64,000 bases of DNA from an uncultured Oscillospiraceae bacterium (GCA_964650465.1 CAZYTA010000011.1:562-64561), one strand, 5' to 3'. Positions 26,416-38,434 are shown, numbered from the stretch's first letter. Translations and numbers: made by a program. The notes: a model not told the origin generated them from the sequence alone.

Positions 26416-26994
26416 ATGTCGCATGTACACAGTGAGTTAGTGAGGTTCGTAAAAAGCGGAGATGCTGATGCTTTTTTGAAACTGAAATCTGATTTTGACA
26501 GTGTGTTGCGTTCTATAACCGCACAGTGCGATGTTGACTCCAACGAAAAAGAAGATTTGTATCAAGAGGGCTTGATTGGCCTTTATAAGGCTGCTTTAGC
26601 TTATGATGAAAACAACGGAGCTCCTTTTTCGGTGTTTGCCCGTGTCTGTATTAAGCACAGCATTGATTCTGCATTAAGAATATATTACGGCAAAAAGAAT
26701 TATCCGATTCGTTCCTATCTTCCCATAGATTATGACGGGGACGAAGCCAAGGAAGTTCAAGGTCTTGGTCCGGTTACAGAACCCGAGCGGCTTTTGATTG
26801 AGAAGGAGAGTTATCTTACTCTCTTGAATATAATTGATGATTCTCTTTCAGCGTTTGAAAGAGATGTGTTGAAATTGTATGTTCAAGGCAGGTCGTATGG
26901 GGAAATATCCAAGCGGTTAAAGGTGTCAGCCAAATCTGTTGACAACGCAATTCAACGCATCCGAGGCAAGCTGAAGTTATTTATCCGAACTTAA
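26416..26994 (+). CDS. sigH: Sigma-70-family sigma factor, SigH (Spo0H)-like
   Basis: Region 2 DLYQEGLIGLYKAALAYD..PFSVFARVCIKHSI. Region 4 LSAFERDVLKLYVQGRSYGEISKRLKVSAKSVDNAIQRIRGKLK closely parallels my recollection of B. subtilis SigH (VLVLYLDGRSYQEISDELNRHVKSIDNALQRVKRKLE). Proximity to rlmB matches sigH synteny. Confidence 0.7.
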   Translation: MSHVHSELVRFVKSGDADAFLKLKSDFDSVLRSITAQCDVDSNEKEDLYQEGLIGLYKAALAYDENNGAPFSVFARVCIKHSIDSALRIYYGKKNYPIRSYLPIDYDGDEAKEVQGLGPVTEPERLLIEKESYLTLLNIIDDSLSAFERDVLKLYVQGRSYGEISKRLKVSAKSVDNAIQRIRGKLKLFIRT

Positions 26995-27129
26995 TGTAAA
27001 CTTTAAACATCAGCCAATATGTCTGTATAGCTTAAATAAAGCGCTCTTTTGAGAGATGACGGTGAGACTCCGTTTACGGACTTTGCCGAAAAGGCGATAA
27101 ATTATTTTTTAACCGAGAGAGGTAACCAA

Positions 27130-27408
27130 ATGTACGAGGACAAGACATTAATCTGCAAAGAATGTGGCAAGGAGTTTGTATTTTCAGCAGGCGAGCAGGA
27201 ATTCTACGCTGAAAAGGGTTTGACAAACGAGCCTCAGAGATGCAAGGAGTGCCGCGATGCAAGAAAAGCTAACGGTAAGGCTCCCAGAGAATTATTCACA
27301 ACAGTATGTGCTAATTGCGGCGGAGAGGCTAAGGTTCCCTTCCAGCCCAGCAATGATCGCCCTGTTTACTGCAGTGCGTGCTTCTCAGCAATGAAAGAGC
27401 AGCAGTAA
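27130..27408 (+). CDS. Small zinc-ribbon protein (two CxxC pairs twice)
   Basis: MYEDKTLICKECGKEFVFSAGEQEFYAEKGLTNEPQRCKECR...CANCGGEAKVPFQPSNDRPVYCSAC. ATG at 27130 follows gagagg. The listed ORF starts 81 nt upstream. Confidence 0.75.
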   Translation: MYEDKTLICKECGKEFVFSAGEQEFYAEKGLTNEPQRCKECRDARKANGKAPRELFTTVCANCGGEAKVPFQPSNDRPVYCSACFSAMKEQQ

Positions 27409-27436
27409 TATATAATTACAGTGAGCAATTTCGATG

Positions 27437-27468
27437 TGCAATAGTCTTTTGACTATTGCACATTTTTT
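27437..27468 (+). terminator. Intrinsic terminator of the zinc-ribbon gene
   Basis: gtgcaatagtc-ttt-gactattgcac followed by attttttg. Confidence 0.8.
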
Positions 27469-27472
27469 GTTA

Positions 27473-27575
27473 TATAGGAAATTGCTCTGAATCAACCTCT
27501 CCGTTACACTTTATTTTTTTGTTTTGAAAAAGGTAAAGATAGGCGAGAATTGCCGCCGACTCGCCGCTTTTTGGT
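27473..27575 (+). repeat. Single forward copy of the ATAGG/terminator repeat
   Basis: tataggaaattgctctgaatcaacctctccgttacac...aaagataggcgagaattgccgccgactcgccgcttttt. Starts directly after the T-tract of the preceding terminator. Confidence 0.8.
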
Positions 27576-27781
27576 TCTTTGTCGAAAATTACCAAAATCA
27601 GCATTCCCGCTTTACAGCGTTTGTACTTTCCAAAGACTTTATATCTGCGGCTACTCACCGATTTTTTTCAAAATTATCAGATGTTTTTACAAAAGTCCTG
27701 TACAAAAGTCATTTTATGTGTTATACTTAAAAGAGAAGAAATTTGGTTCAATCGGTTAATTAAGAAAGAAAAGACATCATT

Positions 27782-28573
27782 ATGAAATATAAAAATGAAT
27801 TTAAAAGACAAGATAATCAGGAGATGGATTTCGGACCCGACGAAAATGTAGTGTGCGGCAGAAATGCAGTGCTTGAGCTTATTAGGTCAGGCAGAAGCGT
27901 TGATAAGCTTTTTGTCAAGCAAAATGATATAGAAGGCTCACTCATCGTTATAGTGGCAGAAGCAAAAGCCCACGGCATTCCCATTGTTGAGGTCAAACGT
28001 GAAAAGCTTGACGAAATGGCAAAAGGCGTAATTCATCAGGGCGTTGTAGCCATGGCGGCGGCGAAGGAATATGTAAGCATAGACGACATTCTGAGTATAG
28101 CTGAAGAGCGCGGTGAAAAGCCTTTTATTGTTATTGCAGATTCAATAAATGACCCTCATAATCTGGGTGCGGTTATACGAAATTGCGACGGCGCAGGAGT
28201 ACATGGTTTGATTATCCCCAAAAGGCGATCAGCGGGTTTGACCGCAGTTACAGCTAAATCCTCAGCTGGTGCTATCGAGCATATTGCCGTTGCCAAGGTG
28301 TCAAATATTTCGTCGGCTATCAACGAGCTTAAGAAAAAGGGTGTTTGGATTGTCGGCTGCGAGGCCGGAGGTCAATCCTACGATTCAATAGATTATGATA
28401 TGCCGCTTGCTTTGGTTCTCGGAAGCGAAGGTAACGGCATGTCGGAGTTGGTAACAAAGAACTGTGATTTTATTGCATCTATTCCTATGCTCGGAAAGGT
28501 TAATTCTCTCAATGTTTCATGCGCATCTGCTGTAATACTTTTTGAGGCATCGAAAGCAAGAAGAGGTAAATAG
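27782..28573 (+). CDS. rlmB: 23S rRNA (guanosine-2'-O)-methyltransferase RlmB (SpoU/TrmH family)
   Basis: SpoU_sub_bind N-terminal domain (VCGRNAVLELIRSGRSVDKLFV) and SpoU motifs (DPHNLGAVIRNCDGAG; LVLGSEGNGMS; IPMLGKVNSLNVSCA). Confidence 0.9.
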   Translation: MKYKNEFKRQDNQEMDFGPDENVVCGRNAVLELIRSGRSVDKLFVKQNDIEGSLIVIVAEAKAHGIPIVEVKREKLDEMAKGVIHQGVVAMAAAKEYVSIDDILSIAEERGEKPFIVIADSINDPHNLGAVIRNCDGAGVHGLIIPKRRSAGLTAVTAKSSAGAIEHIAVAKVSNISSAINELKKKGVWIVGCEAGGQSYDSIDYDMPLALVLGSEGNGMSELVTKNCDFIASIPMLGKVNSLNVSCASAVILFEASKARRGK

Positions 28574-28586
28574 AAAGGAATATCAA

Positions 28587-30938
28587 ATGAGCAAGTATAA
28601 ATTCAAAAGAAAAGAGACAAATGTTCAAAGCGAAAATAAAATAATGAACGCTTCGGCATCTCCCGAAGAAAAAACAGCTGTTTTTGTAAAGCCTGCGGAG
28701 ACAAAACACAGCCTTCCCGAAGAAGATAATACTGTTTTTTTGCCCTTTGAACCTGAAGAACACGAAGACAAAAAAATCGCCAAAAGAAAAGAAAAAGCAC
28801 CGTCTCAGCCTTTCTTTTTCTCTTTTTCCGCATTTTCCAAAAACAAGGAAGACTCGGATGATTTATTCCCGGTGGAAGAGGTTGCTTCAAAGGTTGAGGA
28901 CATATTCAATGAAGATGATATGTCGGTAGATGAGATAAAGGAGAATCTTGCCAGTGGTAAAACAGTGGACATTTCAGCTGTTTTTTCTGAAAAAGAACCG
29001 CCTAAAGCTGCTCCTGTTGATGAATTTGAATCAGCTGATACCGAAGAAGATACATATGAGGGAATAGAAGAGACGGCAATTGAAGAACCTGCTGTCGAAA
29101 ACTATTACGAAGACAGTGTGAAGGAAAATGATTTTTCCGACGACGAAGATGATATATATATCGACGGAGTGGGCGATGTTGATATTCCAAAGCCCAAGAA
29201 GGTAAAAAAAGTTAAAGAACAGGAAATCCGTGAGTATAATAATCCTGATGAAAAGGAAGAGTTTACGGAAATATACAGAAAGAAGGGGCAGGCAGCATTA
29301 CTGTCATTGATTGCAACTGTTATTTCCACACTTGTTCTTATATATATTGAGACTAAAATCTTTCCGCATCCTCAATGGCTTATGCCCGGCAAATTCGGAA
29401 TAGTCTTTCTTATGGCAGATTTGCAGTTTACCTTTATTTCTGCAATTTGCGTTTATAAGTCAATAATTTTGGGCGCTAAAAATCTGTTTACTTGGCAACC
29501 CGATAAAAACAGTGTTACCTTTGCAGCATTTGCTGTTGCGGTTATTCAGATTTTGCTTCATTTTATATTTAATAAGTTTTCTAAGGACATTTCTCTTTAT
29601 TCTTCGATTTTTTCTGTCTGTGCTGTTGCTGCAGCTTTTGTTTCGTATATTGAGGCGCGACGTGAGCATATTTCTTTTAGAGTTGCGGCTTCAAGCGGAG
29701 CTAAAAATATAGTTACTCCATTGGATGAAAACTCTGTAGAGTGTAGCAAATTCAGCGAATATCTTCCCGAGTATGCCTCTGTATACAGAATGGGCAAAAC
29801 TGAATTTGTGAGCGGATTTTTCAAAACCAATTCTCAGAAATCTCCTTATAACGAGGCTTATAAGGTATCAATTCCCCTTGTTTTACTTGCTTCGCTCCTT
29901 TTTTCCGTACTCAGCTTGTCACTTGTTAAAGGTACAACATCATGTGATGCTATTAACAATTTTGCTGTAGCGTTTATGATGGCGCTTCCTGTATCATCCT
30001 TGTTTACTGTTGCTTTGCCGTTTTTTATCACTTCTCTGCGTCTCTCACGCATGAAGTCTGCAATTATCGGAGAAGCATCGATTGATGAATTTGCAAACAC
30101 TTCACTTGTTTCATTTTCTGATGTTGATGTGTTTAATCCCAAGGGAATTAAGATTACGTCAATAAAAACTTACGGAAAAAGCAGAATAGACAATACGTAT
30201 CTTATAGCTGCGAAGGTATTTAATTTAGCCGGAGGACCTCTCAAAGAGGTATTTAACCGTTCTGTTATTTCCACTTCCGATGAAGATGCTGGAGATTGCA
30301 TAACTTCGGTATGCGAAAACGGAATATGTGCCGAAATTGATTCACATACCATTTATGTAGGTAATCAGGAATACATAGAAGCCAATGGCTTTACTCATAT
30401 CGATGATGCAATTGACAGCACCTTCGTGTCATATAACGGCAGAATTTTGTATATTGCCATAGACGGAGAAATCAGTGCGAAATTCTATATCAAGTATGCG
30501 CTGGGTAAGAACTTTAAAGCTCTGCTTGATTCTTTCTGTAACTTAGGCATCTGCATAGCTGTTACCAGCCGTGACCCCAATCTTGATACCGATTTTGTTA
30601 CACAGATATTGAAGGATGAGAATTATCCTATCGTTGTAGTAAAAGATACTAATGTTCCGTTCGGACAGGACAGTATGCCTTCGGAAGCTGTACAGAGCGG
30701 AGTTGTTTCGGCTTCTTCTGTTTCTAATATGCTTCGTACATTCCTGGCTGCTGATAAGCTTTCAAGGGTGATATCAATGAATACTTTAGCCAAGTATATA
30801 AGCTTGATATTTGCTTTCACTTTGGTGGTAGTAGCTTTTCTCGCAGACGGTTCACACGAAAAGGTTACCCCGCTGTTTATCCTGCTTTATCAGTTTATTT
30901 GGTCACTTCCCGTTATCGGAACATCTTTCTTTGGCTGA
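28587..30938 (+). CDS. P1B-type-ATPase-like polytopic membrane protein lacking all catalytic motifs, with an acidic ~250-aa N-terminal extension
   Basis: The C-terminal half is collinear with heavy-metal P-type ATPases. The catalytic motifs are replaced:
- ALPVSS in place of CPC.
- LVSFSDVDVFNPKG in place of vvFDKTGTLT.
- GGPL in place of the HP motif.
- IYVGNQEYIEANGF matches vlvGNrrlm.
- VTSRDP in place of TGDN.
- VKDTNVP in place of GDGIND.

ATG at 28587 follows gaaagga. Confidence 0.7.
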   Translation: MSKYKFKRKETNVQSENKIMNASASPEEKTAVFVKPAETKHSLPEEDNTVFLPFEPEEHEDKKIAKRKEKAPSQPFFFSFSAFSKNKEDSDDLFPVEEVASKVEDIFNEDDMSVDEIKENLASGKTVDISAVFSEKEPPKAAPVDEFESADTEEDTYEGIEETAIEEPAVENYYEDSVKENDFSDDEDDIYIDGVGDVDIPKPKKVKKVKEQEIREYNNPDEKEEFTEIYRKKGQAALLSLIATVISTLVLIYIETKIFPHPQWLMPGKFGIVFLMADLQFTFISAICVYKSIILGAKNLFTWQPDKNSVTFAAFAVAVIQILLHFIFNKFSKDISLYSSIFSVCAVAAAFVSYIEARREHISFRVAASSGAKNIVTPLDENSVECSKFSEYLPEYASVYRMGKTEFVSGFFKTNSQKSPYNEAYKVSIPLVLLASLLFSVLSLSLVKGTTSCDAINNFAVAFMMALPVSSLFTVALPFFITSLRLSRMKSAIIGEASIDEFANTSLVSFSDVDVFNPKGIKITSIKTYGKSRIDNTYLIAAKVFNLAGGPLKEVFNRSVISTSDEDAGDCITSVCENGICAEIDSHTIYVGNQEYIEANGFTHIDDAIDSTFVSYNGRILYIAIDGEISAKFYIKYALGKNFKALLDSFCNLGICIAVTSRDPNLDTDFVTQILKDENYPIVVVKDTNVPFGQDSMPSEAVQSGVVSASSVSNMLRTFLAADKLSRVISMNTLAKYISLIFAFTLVVVAFLADGSHEKVTPLFILLYQFIWSLPVIGTSFFG

Positions 30939-30941
30939 TAT

Positions 30942-31044
30942 AAAAAGCGGCTAACAGCCGCTGACAACGCTCGCCTGTTGTAGCCTATATATGTATTCAA
31001 ACAGGGTAAAACGGCGAGGTTGATTTCGAGAAATTTCCTGCATA
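30942..31044 (-). repeat. Reverse copy of the ATAGG/terminator repeat (left arm of an inverted pair)
   Basis: The reverse complement reads gcaggaaatttctcgaaatcaacctcgccgttttaccctgtttgaatacatatataggctacaacaggcgagcgttgtcagcggctgttagccgcttttt. Confidence 0.8.
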
Positions 31045-31049
31045 AATTT

Positions 31050-31087
31050 AAAACACTACGGCAAGTTTTCTTGCCGTAGTGTTTTTT
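31050..31087. terminator. Bidirectional hairpin between the two inverted repeat copies
   Basis: aaaacactacggcaag-tttt-cttgccgtagtgtttttt has 16-bp arms with A and T tracts on both sides. Confidence 0.8.
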
Positions 31088-31092
31088 GTATC

Positions 31093-31193
31093 ATAGGAAA
31101 TCGCATTAAAATCATCTCGCCGTTTTACCTTGCTTCGGTTTATACATTGGTTGCGATAGGTGAGCATTGCCGGTGGATGATAGCCGCTTTTTT
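31093..31193 (+). repeat. Forward copy of the ATAGG/terminator repeat (right arm of the inverted pair)
   Basis: ataggaaatcgcattaaaatcatctcgccgttttaccttgcttcgg...gcgataggtgagcattgccggtggatgatagccgctttttt. GGTGAG opposite CTCGCC keeps the pairing through a G-U wobble. Confidence 0.75.
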
Positions 31194-31224
31194 GAATTTT
31201 GAGCAGTCTTTCCACTCATTGCAT

Positions 31225-34224
<3,000 letters not shown>

Positions 34225-34263
34225 TTATAATTTGTAAATAAACTATTTTGTCAATATATAGGA

Positions 34264-35001
34264 CTATCTTGCAATTTTAGTTGATACCTCTCCCGAAGAA
34301 AGGACCACGGTACTTCCGTCGCATTTTTCTACAATAAGTCTGCACTGCTCATCAATTCCGATTGCTTTTCCTACAAAAGGAGAATCTCCGAGCACTTCGA
34401 TTTTTTTGCCTGTCAGCACAGACCTTGCTTTATATTCTTCTATGAATTCGCTAAGGCAATTCCTTTTATAAAGAAGAAAAAATTCGTCGGCAATTTTGTG
34501 CATAAGCTCATCTCTGATATCGTTAGAACCGAGACTTGCGGCTATTTCTTTTAGCTCTTCGGGGAATCCGTCTTTTGGTACAGAAATGTTAACTCCGATA
34601 CCTGCTACAATATAATTGATTTTTCCCTCATTATGATTAAATGACCCTTCACAAAGTATGCCTGCTACTTTTTTGCTGTCGATATAAATGTCATTTACCC
34701 ATTTTATGCCGCATTTTGTATTACATATACCTTCAATGGCGCGGCAAGTTGCTACGGCTGTCATGCTTGTTAAAAAAAGCGAGTCCTCAATTGAGAACTC
34801 TGGTCTGACAAGTATGCTCATATACAGTCCGGTGTCGGCGGGGGAGAAGAAGCTCTTACCTCTTCTTCCTCTGCCCATTGACTGTTCTTCTGCAACAACT
34901 ATACATCCCTCAGGTTCTCCGTTTTCGGCAAGTGCTTTCAGATATGTATTTGTTGAATCAATTCTTTTGAGCTTTATTAGTCGATATTTGTTTTTTATCA
35001 C
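34264..35001 (-). CDS. birA: Biotin--[acetyl-CoA-carboxylase] ligase, group I (no N-terminal HTH)
   Basis: GRGRRGKSFFSP motif, KWVNDIY and a C-terminal SH3-like domain. GTG start. Overlaps the bioY 3' end by 44 nt. Confidence 0.9.
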   Translation of the reverse strand: MIKNKYRLIKLKRIDSTNTYLKALAENGEPEGCIVVAEEQSMGRGRRGKSFFSPADTGLYMSILVRPEFSIEDSLFLTSMTAVATCRAIEGICNTKCGIKWVNDIYIDSKKVAGILCEGSFNHNEGKINYIVAGIGVNISVPKDGFPEELKEIAASLGSNDIRDELMHKIADEFFLLYKRNCLSEFIEEYKARSVLTGKKIEVLGDSPFVGKAIGIDEQCRLIVEKCDGSTVVLSSGEVSTKIAR

Positions 35002-35533
35002 GGTTAAATACCTTCTTTAACTTAATTACACAGAAAGCCGAAAGTGCTATCTTGATTGCATCAAAGGGGATGAACGGCAGTACGTACATTGTCAACATTT
35101 TACCAAAGCCTGCATCGCAATATCCCATTACCTGAATCCATAACGCTCCGAATATGTATGAAATGACGGTAGACAAAGAAAATGTAAAAACATTTGTAAA
35201 AAGTGAACCGCAATATTTTCGTGACAAAAAGCTTGCAATAAAAGAAATCAACGGAAAGGACAGAATAAAGCCGCCGCCTACATTAAGTATTACGCCGAGT
35301 CCTCCCTGAAATCCCGAAAATACAGGAGCACCTATGGCTCCAAGCAATATATATATCAATGAAGATATAACAGCCTCTGACGGCTTTAGAATAACAGCTG
35401 TTATAAATATACACATAGTTTGTAATGTTATAGGCGGGATTGTCGGAATGGCAAGCTGAGCACCGACTACGGTAAATGCAACGGATAATGCTATTCGCGT
35501 GATTTTTGCCGCATTAATCTTCAATTTTCTCAC
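34958..35533 (-). CDS. bioY: Biotin ECF-transporter S component BioY
   Basis: PITLQTMCIFITAVILKPSEAVISSLIYILLGAIGAPVFSGFQGGLGV is the typical BioY pattern. The start may be TTG at 35524, which has better spacing to gaggtg. Confidence 0.9.
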   Translation of the reverse strand: MRKLKINAAKITRIALSVAFTVVGAQLAIPTIPPITLQTMCIFITAVILKPSEAVISSLIYILLGAIGAPVFSGFQGGLGVILNVGGGFILSFPLISFIASFLSRKYCGSLFTNVFTFSLSTVISYIFGALWIQVMGYCDAGFGKMLTMYVLPFIPFDAIKIALSAFCVIKLKKVFNRDKKQISTNKAQKN

Positions 35534-35542
35534 CTCATACTA

Positions 35543-35571
35543 ATTTTAACATATACAATGAGCATTGTCAA
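35543..35571 (-). promoter_or_regulatory. Consensus sigma-A promoter for bioY-birA
   Basis: The minus strand reads TTGACA, 17 nt, TAAAAT. Confidence 0.5.
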
Positions 35572-35598
35572 CTTAAAAACTTTTCCTTGAAAAATAAA

Positions 35599-36423
35599 TT
35601 ATACTGCGGAAAAGTTATTTTTCCTGTATTCGGATGGTGTTATGCCGGTAACGTTTCTAAATACCCTTGAAAAGTAATTAGGATCGTCAAAGCCAACCTT
35701 TTCTGCTACTTCAGCCATACTCATATCTGTATTTTCCAAAAGGAGAAATGATTTCTTTATTCTGAATTCACTGATATATGAGGCTGAAGTGGTACCGGTG
35801 ACTTTTTTAAAAAATCTGCAAAAATAAGATACAGAAACATACATGAGATTTGCAAGCGTTTCTGTAGATATGTCTTCGTTGTAGTGAGCATCAATATAAC
35901 TGAACACCAGTTCCATACGTTTCAGATTGTCTGTGTTCTTTTTCGCTTCCTCGGCATCGCCTTTATACGAATATTTGCGCAACAGATATGCAAAAAGGGC
36001 GTAGGCGTGGCTCTTTATCATCATATCGTTTCCCTTTTTTTGTATGTATTTTCTGTTGCGTATTTTTTTTATGCGTTCAGTGATATATTCGTCTTTGCTA
36101 ATGTGATTTTGTATCAGAACGTTATCAAAATCAACATCGGCAAAAAACGAGGGGGTGATATGCATACAGTAATGCTCTGCAACTCCTTCTTTTGCCGTAT
36201 AGGAATGGACCTGGGTGGAGTTTATGACCACAAGGTCATTTTCATTTACATCAAAGGTTTTTCCATCACAGAAAAAACTGCAGCTTCCCTTTGTGAAATA
36301 CAACAACTCAGTGTGCTCATGCCAGTGCGGCGGCAGCCGCAACACATGCTTGTTTTTAAAAAAAGTAACAGCAGGGTCTTTAGGTTTACGGCTGATGGTT
36401 TCGTACAAAGAAATATCCTTCAT
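35599..36423 (-). CDS. AraC-family transcriptional regulator (cupin sensor plus HTH)
   Basis: N-terminal cupin (PPHWHEHTELLYFTKG) and a C-terminal double HTH (MAEVAEKVGFDDPNYFSRVFRNVTGITPSEYR). Confidence 0.85.
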   Translation of the reverse strand: MKDISLYETISRKPKDPAVTFFKNKHVLRLPPHWHEHTELLYFTKGSCSFFCDGKTFDVNENDLVVINSTQVHSYTAKEGVAEHYCMHITPSFFADVDFDNVLIQNHISKDEYITERIKKIRNRKYIQKKGNDMMIKSHAYALFAYLLRKYSYKGDAEEAKKNTDNLKRMELVFSYIDAHYNEDISTETLANLMYVSVSYFCRFFKKVTGTTSASYISEFRIKKSFLLLENTDMSMAEVAEKVGFDDPNYFSRVFRNVTGITPSEYRKNNFSAV

Positions 36424-36557
36424 AAATACCTCAGTTCAAAATTTTGCTAAAACTTGTCACTACAATACTTGCGTTTAACTATATTACTATGATATACTTT
36501 TTTTAGAAAATGTCAAGAGAATGAAGAAAAATATATCTTGACGAAGGAGATATGATT

Positions 36558-37553
36558 ATGTTAAAGTACGCTATTGTCGGAGTAGGAACCCTTGGACACC
36601 AGCACCTCTATTCTTCCGCACAGGTAATGAGAGATGCCTGCACAGAGGTTAAGCTTGTTGCTCTTTGCGACATAAGAAGGGAAGTTTTTACAGAGGCTGA
36701 TATGGCGGGCAACGGAAAGGGCTGTAACATTTACACAAGTGTAGATGACCTTCTTGCAAACGAGGAGCTTGATTTTGTTGTAACAGCGCTTCCCACCTAC
36801 CTTCATGCAGAAATAGGTATAAAGATAATGAAGAAGGGCGTTCACCTTTTCTCCGAAAAGCCTATGGCAATAAGCTATGAAGAGGCGACTGAAATGGTAA
36901 AGGTTGCAAAGGAAATGAATGTCAAGCTGATGATAGGACAGTGTACACGCTTTGAGCCCAGAAACCAGAAGCTTAAGGAAATTATAGACAGCAAGATTTA
37001 CGGCAGGGTAATTCAGGCATATTTTACAAGAACAGCTTCTCTTCCTCCTATGGGTTGGGAAGGATGGTTCCGTGACGGAGCAAAGAGCGGCGGTGCAGCT
37101 CTTGACCTTCATGTACACGATGTTGACCTTATAAATTACATCTTTGGTATGCCCAAAGCAGTTGCATCTCTTGGTACAAACTATCTGACAGAGCATGATT
37201 TTATCAGAACCCTTTACTACTACGAAGAGGATATTGCAGTAAACTCACTTTGCGAATGGGGACGCACAGTATCCTTCCCCGGCGAGGGTCCTACCTTCAC
37301 TGTAAGATTTGAAAAGGGAATAGTCAGTTTCGCAAAGGGCAAGATGACCTATCATCCCGAGGATGTCAAAGAATCCGAGCCCATCGAATTTGTTGCTGAT
37401 GACTCATATGCCCTTGAGGTACTTGACTTCATTGACTGCATCGTAAACGATAAGAAGTCGGTTATCAACGACTGCGAAAGCACACTTGAATCCACCCGTC
37501 TTGCGCTCGCTGAAAAGGCTTCAGCAAATACCAAGACAATGATTACCCTTTAA
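36558..37553 (+). CDS. Gfo/Idh/MocA-family NAD(P)-dependent sugar oxidoreductase
   Basis: Rossmann N-terminus (KYAIVGVGTLGHQH), the EKP motif (HLFSEKPMA) and the C-terminal alpha/beta domain typical of the family. ATG at 36558 is 8 nt from aaggag. Confidence 0.9.
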   Translation: MLKYAIVGVGTLGHQHLYSSAQVMRDACTEVKLVALCDIRREVFTEADMAGNGKGCNIYTSVDDLLANEELDFVVTALPTYLHAEIGIKIMKKGVHLFSEKPMAISYEEATEMVKVAKEMNVKLMIGQCTRFEPRNQKLKEIIDSKIYGRVIQAYFTRTASLPPMGWEGWFRDGAKSGGAALDLHVHDVDLINYIFGMPKAVASLGTNYLTEHDFIRTLYYYEEDIAVNSLCEWGRTVSFPGEGPTFTVRFEKGIVSFAKGKMTYHPEDVKESEPIEFVADDSYALEVLDFIDCIVNDKKSVINDCESTLESTRLALAEKASANTKTMITL

Positions 37554-37564
37554 GGAGAGACAAT

Positions 37565-38422
37565 ATGAAAATAGGAGCGCTTATAGCAGGTGTAAATTCC
37601 AATGTTTCGGCGGACAACTGTGCCGAGCTTAATAAAAAGCTTGAATGGCTGACCGATATGGGAATGGACAACTGTCAGATAAACTTCGGCAATGCCGATG
37701 GATTCACAGAAGAGAATGCAAGGCTCATCAAGGAAGCGGCTGAAAAGCACGGTGTAGAAATAACTGCAGTCTGGTGCGGTGCGGCGTGCGGCTTCGGTCC
37801 TTGCGATTGGGGACATTACTACGGTCCTACTACAAACGGCTTGGTTCCCGTTGAATACCGCCAGATGAGAATGAATGCGCTGAAGAAGTGCGCGCCCTTC
37901 GCCAAGGCGATAGGAGTGACCGATGTTATCTTCCACAGCGGTTTTATTCCCGAGTATCCTGCCTCTACTGAATTCAAATCATTTATAGGCTGTATGAAGT
38001 ATCTTTGCGGATACTACAAGAGCCTCGGTATGAGATATCTTTTCGAGACAGGTCAGGAGACTCCTCTCACTCTGCTCAGAACTATCGTTGAGATCGGTAC
38101 GGGTAATGTAGGTATCAACCTTGACCCCTCAAACCTTATTACAGACGGTAAGGGCAATCCCGTCGATGCACTCAAGACCTTCGGCAAATATGTTTGGGGT
38201 GTACACGCCAAGGACGGCACCATCCCCACCGAAGAGGACTATATTCACGGCGGTTATCAATGCCGTGTAGGTGAGGGTGATGTTGATTTCCCTGCCCTTA
38301 TAAACAAGCTTAAGGAAATCGGCTATGACGGAGCGCTTACCATTGAGCGTGAGGACACAAGCGAGGAGCAACAGCGCCTTGACATAATCGATACCAAAGC
38401 ATATCTTGAGAAATTGATATAA
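37565..38422 (+). CDS. Xylose-isomerase-like TIM-barrel protein (sugar phosphate isomerase/epimerase family) 1
   Basis: AP_endonuc_2-type pattern (FETGQETP..., NLDPSNL..., HAKDG..., LTIERED). RBS aaggag. Confidence 0.85.
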   Translation: MKIGALIAGVNSNVSADNCAELNKKLEWLTDMGMDNCQINFGNADGFTEENARLIKEAAEKHGVEITAVWCGAACGFGPCDWGHYYGPTTNGLVPVEYRQMRMNALKKCAPFAKAIGVTDVIFHSGFIPEYPASTEFKSFIGCMKYLCGYYKSLGMRYLFETGQETPLTLLRTIVEIGTGNVGINLDPSNLITDGKGNPVDALKTFGKYVWGVHAKDGTIPTEEDYIHGGYQCRVGEGDVDFPALINKLKEIGYDGALTIEREDTSEEQQRLDIIDTKAYLEKLI

Positions 38423-38434
38423 GGAGTAAATACT

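Noticed and set aside
27000-27129. 130-nt leader of the zinc-ribbon gene considered as a structured regulatory RNA
   Set aside because: It holds only short hairpins (tccgt/acgga, gcc/ggc). It has no convincing terminator/antiterminator alternative and no match to a motif I know.
34958-35001. 44-nt overlap of bioY and birA considered as a frameshift or fusion signal
   Set aside because: Both ORFs are full-length relative to their families. birA has a plausible GTG start with a gaagg RBS inside the bioY 3' end. This is ordinary translational coupling or overlap.
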